DNA of 64,000 nucleotides from a virus: IMG/VR virus record IMGVR_UViG_3300031521_000001; one strand, 5' to 3'. Shown piece by piece: positions 63,438 to 64,000 of this stretch (position 1 is its first letter; each line of letters starts with the position of its first letter). The notes under the pieces were generated by a model. It saw only the letters and a program-made list of their open reading frames with translations, ran no database searches and was not told where the DNA came from. The position numbers and the translations under genes were made by a program.

Positions 63438-63740
63438 TCATCCATGATTTAATTGTTTATAGTTTTTATTCATTAATTTATAATAAGTTAAATATCCAAT
63501 GAGCCAATATAGACTTAAATCATGACTATCAATATACACATCATGTTCTAAATTTTCTTTATCATTATCAATAATTCTATAAAAAGGATTATCTACATCA
63601 TTAACTATAATAACATCACATTTGTCATTACTATAATTATAATCATCAATTTTATTGAAGTCATTCTCTTCTAAAAAATCTGTAATTGGTCTGTAAATCA
63701 TTTCTTTAGTTAATACCATATTATCGTATTGTATCACCAA
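63438..63740 (-). CDS. hypothetical protein
   Basis: ORF. Confidence 0.6.
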   Translation of the reverse strand: MVIQYDNMVLTKEMIYRPITDFLEENDFNKIDDYNYSNDKCDVIIVNDVDNPFYRIIDNDKENLEHDVYIDSHDLSLYWLIGYLTYYKLMNKNYKQLNHG

Positions 63741-64000
63741 CGTTATGAGTTTTTCCTATAATATTAGCCAAATTTGAATCATATTTATAATACTTAATTG
63801 TTTTTTCTGAATCTTTAACTACGATTGAATATGATGTATCAGGTACACTACCGCTCTTATCTATTGATAAATGAATTGTTTTATAACAACTGGTGGTTTT
63901 AACTTATTTAATGAATAATCAGCATACATATCATAATTATCAAACACTTTACCATCATAATTTATTTTTTCATTACAACTAAATAATAAAACACACAATC

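Noticed and set aside
1-64000. Mimivirus-type early promoter AAAATTGA upstream of genes
   Set aside because: The family A N-terminal codons contain AAAAATTTGAA (one extra T). No exact AAAATTGA was found upstream of the 10 starts inspected. The resemblance comes from the coding sequence, not a promoter.

Overview
The window is an extremely AT-rich (roughly 20-25% GC), densely packed accessory region of a large dsDNA virus. I count about 150 mostly small ORFs (60-200 aa). Neighbouring genes frequently overlap by ATGA or TAATG. Perfect AT-palindromic hairpins flanked by an A-run and a T-run sit at gene ends, consistent with bidirectional intrinsic terminators. None of about 12 inspected start codons has a Shine-Dalgarno motif upstream. 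I recognise no core replication or structural genes.

The dominant feature is a paralogous family of more than 45 small proteins arranged in six tandem arrays on both strands. They share an about 8-aa N-terminus (MKYIKKFE, MKTYQQFNE, MKTFIQFNE and similar) and a C-terminal tail (ANKFNL/ANKFNI). The middle is hypervariable or replaced by ankyrin or leucine-rich-repeat modules. The N-terminal peptide resembles the phage T4 capsid-targeting sequence MKTYQEFIAE of internal proteins IPI-III. My hypothesis is that this is a diversified arsenal of capsid-packaged, injected effector proteins.

Several other elements point to a jumbo bacteriophage of an AT-rich Gram-negative, possibly Bacteroidota-type, host: a Lom/OmpX-like outer-membrane beta-barrel, a Lar-like zinc ribbon, Pnkp, an NMNAT, and a nucleoside-deoxyribosyltransferase-like protein. 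A eukaryotic giant virus cannot be excluded. The ankyrin and LRR domains and the tRNA genes with long inserts are consistent with either.

Recognisable functions cluster into counter-defence themes:
- A PARG-like macrodomain, an HDIG phosphohydrolase and a NADAR domain (reversal of ADP-ribosylation).
- An RNA-repair module: a cREC-like receiver, a CCA-type nucleotidyltransferase head domain and T4-like polynucleotide kinase-phosphatase.
- A PPK2 fused to a HAD phosphatase, plus two further HAD-like hydrolases.
- NadD/NMNAT, MgtC, a truncated RlmN/Cfr-type radical-SAM methyltransferase, and an IS605-family TnpB with a degenerate zinc finger.

Other notable features:
- A second motif family of at least 15 unrelated small minus-strand proteins shares a C-terminal RK-KL-x-LN tail.
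- A 3.8-kb ORF-free island lies between convergent genes. It contains two interleaved repeat families (an about 85-bp minisatellite and a MITE-like element with terminal inverted repeats and a terminal hairpin) and GC-richer, terminator-delimited segments that look like small-RNA genes.
- A cluster of three minus-strand tRNA-like genes is present. Two carry long inserts, and one has a possible UUA anticodon and a genome-encoded CCA.
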